The notes beneath the pieces were generated by a model. It was given only the letters and a program-made list of their open reading frames with translations. It did no database searches and was not told the origin of the DNA. Below are positions 60,701 to 64,000 of a DNA stretch of 64,000 nt, one piece after another (the first letter of the stretch is position 1; the number at the start of each line of letters is the position of its first letter). Source of the DNA: Isurus oxyrinchus (lineage: Eukaryota); NCBI GenBank assembly GCA_026770705.1, contig JANJGN010000052.1, forward strand, positions 1,302,001-1,366,000, written 5' to 3'. A program made the position numbers and the translations under genes.

Positions 60701-62236
60701 AGATATAGACGGCAGATTTCCTTCCCTAAAGGCCATTAGTGAACCAGATGGGTGTGTATGACAATCGATGATAGTTTCATGGTCTCCATTACTGAGACTA
60801 ACTCCCATTAGTGTAAACAGAGTGAACAGTTTTCCATTGATCCCACCTTTCCCGTTCTCTCCGGTATTTTACACACTATTGCTCGAAGTTTTGATTCTGC
60901 CAAGGACCCCTTGGAAAATTATGGACCCCAGTTAGACAACCAATGGAATAAGAAATCTCTTTGGATCCTCATTGTCTGAAGAATCTCTTTGTATCCTCAT
61001 TGTCTAAGGGATTATTTCTGATCCAAACCCCATATTGTTGTATTGTTGATTCCGATGCAGCATTGTAGACTGACTTGTCCCCAAGCTCAGCACTGACCCT
61101 ACTCCAGCAGACACTGTGAAACACACTAACAAAGCGCCTCTAGCCTGAGCTCTGCATGTGTCGGAGGTGCCGCTGTGGTGGGTTCATGACTTTCAAAGAT
61201 GCTGTTGTCATTTTTTTTGTTCAAACTGAACTGGGCCCCACATGAAATGCTGATACCAGAAACTTCTTGTTCCCTGTCCTTCTGAAACATCTGTGATTCA
61301 GCAGGATTCTGAAGATTTGCTGACAAGGGTCTTAAATTGTCTGATTGTTGAATGATACAACACAGGAGGAGCTTGTTTGACCCATCGTGCATGTGCTGAC
61401 TCTTTCCCAATTCCTCTCCAGCACCTTTCGCACATCCCTGCAAATTTCCCTTCAAGTATTTAGCCAGTTCCCCTTCTGAAAGTTCCTGTTGAATCTGCTT
61501 CCACCGCCCTTTCAGGCAGTGAGTCAATGGTCTCTCTCTGAGCTGCAATGTGCCCAGATTCTGTGAAATTTAAACTCTGCAGCAGATCAGAGACACTCAT
61601 GATAACTCAGAATATTTGACAGTTTTACACACAGACAGCTTTGCCTCCCTTCTCTCTTTCAGTTATCTTGCTCCCTTATTGAAGTATCTAGCAAGGTGAG
61701 AATGGACAGGAAGTGTGACACTGAACAGCCTGTCTATTCTAGGAGCTGCTGTGCTGTCTTCATGGGAAGTTTTGAATAATGGCAGCAAAGGATACAAATT
61801 TCAGGTTATTGCTATCGGATAACTCTCATTAGGATAGGCTTCACCCACCAGGTTTTATCCCTGCTTCTCTATTCAATCCATCAATCCCCATTGCTCACTG
61901 ACCAACGTCTGACAGCACCTGAATTTTGAGATTCTGCTCTCGCTGCTACAAACCTGCCTATCCCTGTACACTCCTCCAGCCCCTACAACCCTCCAAGGCC
62001 TCTGGTCTCCTCCAATTCTGCTGTCAGACAGGGAGTCAGTGTATATCAGTGAGCACAGGGGTGATGGATGAATGGGACATAGTGTGAGTTTGTACACTGG
62101 CTCACTGCTAAATCAGTTCCCAATTAGAGGTCAATAAGAATGTTCTTTTACAAAGACTATTAACCATAAATCTGTCCGAGCTGATGATGATCTTACCTTG
62201 GAGAAGTGACAGGAGGAAGTAAGATTTCCCGATCAT
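39722..62236 (-). CDS. Gene A: inhibitory Siglec-like receptor (leader-V-V-C2-8xC2-TM-ITIM/ITSM tail), 15 coding exons, predicted 1252 aa
   Basis: Exons 62197-62236, 58298-58666, 56264-56632, 55596-55892, eight 282-nt exons, 43998-44094, 43039-43120 and 39722-39970. All have GT-AG boundaries and compatible phases; the sum is 3759 nt = 1253 codons including stop. Siglec V-set motifs and CD33-like tail motifs are present. Confidence 0.88.
40159..42818. repeat. 33-bp satellite, about 80 copies (cagtgcagcactccctcagtactgaccctctga), in the last intron of gene A
   Basis: Clear 33-bp periodicity; it generates the spurious [11 protein letters not shown] / [11 protein letters not shown] ORFs. Confidence 0.97.
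43039..43120 (-). CDS. Gene A cytoplasmic exon ([27 protein letters not shown])
   Basis: ttgcag acceptor and gtacag donor, 82 nt, phase 2-0, bridging the TM exon and the last exon exactly. Confidence 0.82.
43998..44094 (-). CDS. Gene A transmembrane exon ([33 protein letters not shown])
   Basis: 97 nt, phase 1-2, uncharged TM. Confidence 0.9.
44912..45193 (-). CDS. Gene A repeated C2 Ig exon 8 (membrane-proximal)
   Basis: 282 nt, AG/GT boundaries, phase 1-1, open. Confidence 0.9.
45685..45966 (-). CDS. Gene A repeated C2 Ig exon 7
   Basis: 282 nt, AG/GT boundaries, phase 1-1, open. Confidence 0.9.
46759..47040 (-). CDS. Gene A repeated C2 Ig exon 6
   Basis: 282 nt, open; carries the ATGHYQC variant of DTGDYQC. 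Confidence 0.9.
47836..48117 (-). CDS. Gene A repeated C2 Ig exon 5
   Basis: 282 nt, AG/GT boundaries, phase 1-1, open. Confidence 0.9.
48652..50980. mobile_element. Penelope-like element with inverted arms and a 13-bp target-site duplication
   Basis: [39 protein letters not shown] on the minus strand (49192-49521) with an inverted copy on plus; acgctgtaattac at 48639-48651 and 50981-50993. Confidence 0.88.
51513..51794 (-). CDS. Gene A repeated C2 Ig exon 4
   Basis: 282 nt, open; donor visible next to an N run. Confidence 0.88.
52572..52853 (-). CDS. Gene A repeated C2 Ig exon 3
   Basis: 282 nt, AG/GT boundaries, phase 1-1, open. Confidence 0.9.
53626..53907 (-). CDS. Gene A repeated C2 Ig exon 2
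   Basis: 282 nt, AG/GT boundaries, phase 1-1, open. Confidence 0.9.
54767..55048 (-). CDS. Gene A repeated C2 Ig exon 1 ([43 protein letters not shown]...[14 protein letters not shown])
   Basis: 282 nt; C..W..DxGxYxC Ig signature. Confidence 0.9.
55180..55475. repeat. 33-bp satellite, about 9 copies
   Basis: Read directly. Confidence 0.9.
55596..55892 (-). CDS. Gene A Siglec domain-2-type C2 exon
   Basis: 297 nt, phase 1-1 (an alternative in-frame acceptor lies 9 nt downstream). Confidence 0.9.
56264..56632 (-). CDS. Gene A second V-set exon (starts AEPSQEW; PYFFRIEF)
   Basis: 369 nt, phase 1-1, open. Confidence 0.92.
56690..57560 (+). mobile_element. CR1-type LINE fragment interrupted by a ~140-bp Penelope-type solo pLTR (56763-56902)
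   Basis: [11 protein letters not shown] motif; insert flanked by ttacag(g/a)aagatat at 56749-56762 and 56903-56916. Confidence 0.7.
58298..58666 (-). CDS. Gene A first V-set exon (PYFFRIEF)
   Basis: 369 nt, phase 1-1, open. Confidence 0.92.
62197..62236 (-). CDS. Gene A leader exon, coding part [13 protein letters not shown]
   Basis: 40 nt, gtaaga donor; putative non-coding exons upstream (62310-62398; donor next to 62669). Confidence 0.87.
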
Positions 62237-62789
62237 TGTCTGCTCCCAGATATTTCCTCAGCATCTAACTCTGAAGTTCTGAAAGAGAAAGGAGTTAATG
62301 AGACTTCACCTCTTGTCCGAATGCTCTCGAGAGATCAGAACTGCTTTTAGACAATATCTTCACAGACTAATTTGATTCTCTGTGGGATGATAGGTGTTCT
62401 GCAGAGAGTTACAAGGCTTTCAGAAAGAAAAACAATGAAGGACTTGCATTTCTATAGCACCTTTCACCACCTCAGGATGCCCCAAGCTCATGTCCCTTGA
62501 GCTAGAAAGATGTTCTGTACAACAGACTTGAGTCTCACACCCAGATCTCAATAATCAGTAGAAATCTTTCAAAGGCATCGATCATTGGAATCTGTCTTTA
62601 TAAAGTCACAACATCAACAAAGGACGGTGTTGGTCGTGGAAGTGAATTCCAATCATTCTGTTACTTACCCAGGACCTGTCCGACTGCTTGCCTGGGGAGG
62701 AACTGCCCACACGCTCTGCTTGGGCTGAATGACCTCTTCCTGTGCTGCTCCCTCTGTGTATTTAATTAGAAAGAGCTGATGTGTCTCAG

Positions 62790-62810
62790 TGAGTCAAAAT
62801 GAGGAAGCTG
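62790..62810 (+). promoter_or_regulatory. Adjacent AP-1 (TGAGTCA) and ETS/PU.1-like (aaatgaggaag) motifs upstream of gene A
   Basis: Motif matches at the edge of the conserved promoter block. Confidence 0.4.
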
Positions 62811-63324
62811 GAACAAAGTGGGAGAACAGCACTTTGCTGTGCACTGTCAGTAAACCCTGTGTCTGTATAAGAATATAAGAACAGAACAAGTAGGATCAGC
62901 TGGACACCCTGACATTTTCATTCTTTATATTCCATCCACTCATTATTTTATCCACTCACGGAAACTATTTATCTCCCTCTGCAGCCTCTTTGTGTCCTCC
63001 TCAGAACTAGCTTTCCTGCCCAGCTTATATATTTCCTACCTATCTTCACCACACAGTCAGAAAATCTGCCTACAGTACAGTCAGTCCCTTCATCCAAGTC
63101 ACTAATGTAGATAGTGAATAGTTGAGGCCTCAGCACTGATCCCTGTGGCTCTCCACTAGTTACAGTTTACCAAGCTGAAAATCACCCATTTATCCTGGCT
63201 CTCTGTTTCCTGTCAGTTAGCCAGTCCTCTATCCATATTAATATATCACCCCCAACACCATCCAATTTCACCCTGTGCAGTATCCTTTGATGTGGCACCT
63301 TATCGAAAGCCTTTTGGAAATGCA

Positions 63325-64000
63325 ATGTCATGAAGAGATATTTGTGTGTAACGTGTGCTTGGAAATAATATTTTCAAATAGAATTCTAGTGGTGGTCCAT
63401 GTATAGGGGTGTGTCTGTGTGTGTCTTAATTGGATTAAAGCCAGCTGGTCTGTGTGCTTTGATGTTTAGTAGTTTTGAGATGTTAATTGGGTGAATTGTG
63501 AGGAGAACAGTAAAGTGTTCATTTGCAATTGTTGAATAAACCATTCCAGACTGGGGGTAAAGTCTTGCACCTAGTTAGAAGGAGCCAAAAGATGTGTTTT
63601 TTCTTGAACTTACTAATGAAATTGGTGCTATGAAAGGGGGTTTTATTGTTCGAAGAGCTGGAGTTCAGAAGACCGAGTGATACAATGGAAAATTTACATT
63701 CAAAGGGAAAGCTAGCTATATAAAGGAAGGAGTTTGTGTGTGTGAGGCAGGAGCATTTCAGACCGAACCAGCCTGTAGCCTCCAACCAACTTGCAAAGGA
63801 ACCTCATTCGGAACTCGTAATGTCAAATGTGCTTTGCCTGGTGTCTATATTATGTCAATGGTTCATTGTTGCCTTAGTAGAGATTTACGTGGGGTTGATT
63901 AATTTGGTGATTTGTTAAAAAGTTATTATAATAGTTATTTGTAGCCAATGTGTATGTGTTAATTTTGTTGTTAAATTAATAAATGGTTTATTTAGTTTTA
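63325..64000 (+). mobile_element. Probable LTR-like insertion (truncated by the window end)
   Basis: Starts TGTCATG; composition and motifs resemble the LTR-like segments at 9080-11488. Confidence 0.4.

Noticed and set aside
39722-62236. Assigning a symbol such as MAG, SIGLEC1, CD22 or CD33
   Set aside because: The domain count, double V and recent repeats fit none of them one-to-one; orthology needs a phylogeny and synteny that I cannot compute.

Overview
Eukaryotic (vertebrate) genomic DNA. The repeat content (CR1/L2/RTE LINEs, Penelope elements, a Deu-type SINE and a 33-bp GTGCAGCACTCCCTCAGTACTGACCCTCTGACA satellite) suggests a cartilaginous fish (shark); this is inference. The window holds a tandem cluster of three minus-strand, multi-exon Siglec-family (sialic-acid-binding Ig-like lectin; CD33-related/MAG-like) genes, reconstructed by hand from GT-AG boundaries and exon phases. 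Each gene has one 40-nt leader exon ([13 protein letters not shown]) followed by TWO V-set exons and a Siglec domain-2 C2 exon. Gene A (39722-62236, complete, predicted 1252 aa, 11 Ig domains) adds 8 near-identical 282-nt C2 exons, an uncharged TM and a tail with ITIM (LFYANI) plus ITSM-like (TEYAQI) motifs, so it is inhibitory-type. Gene B (18020-28272, predicted 403 aa) ends in a different terminal exon, missed by the ORF track, that encodes a TM containing Arg and a short Tyr-free tail, so it is activating-type. Gene C (194-14877, tail outside the window) has the same TM as A, a MAG-d5-like membrane-proximal domain, and a first V domain lacking the essential Arg. The main candidate system is a paired inhibitory/activating, double-V-set Siglec family that is being reshuffled by exon duplication, deletion and gene conversion. 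No prokaryotic features or CRISPR arrays are present.
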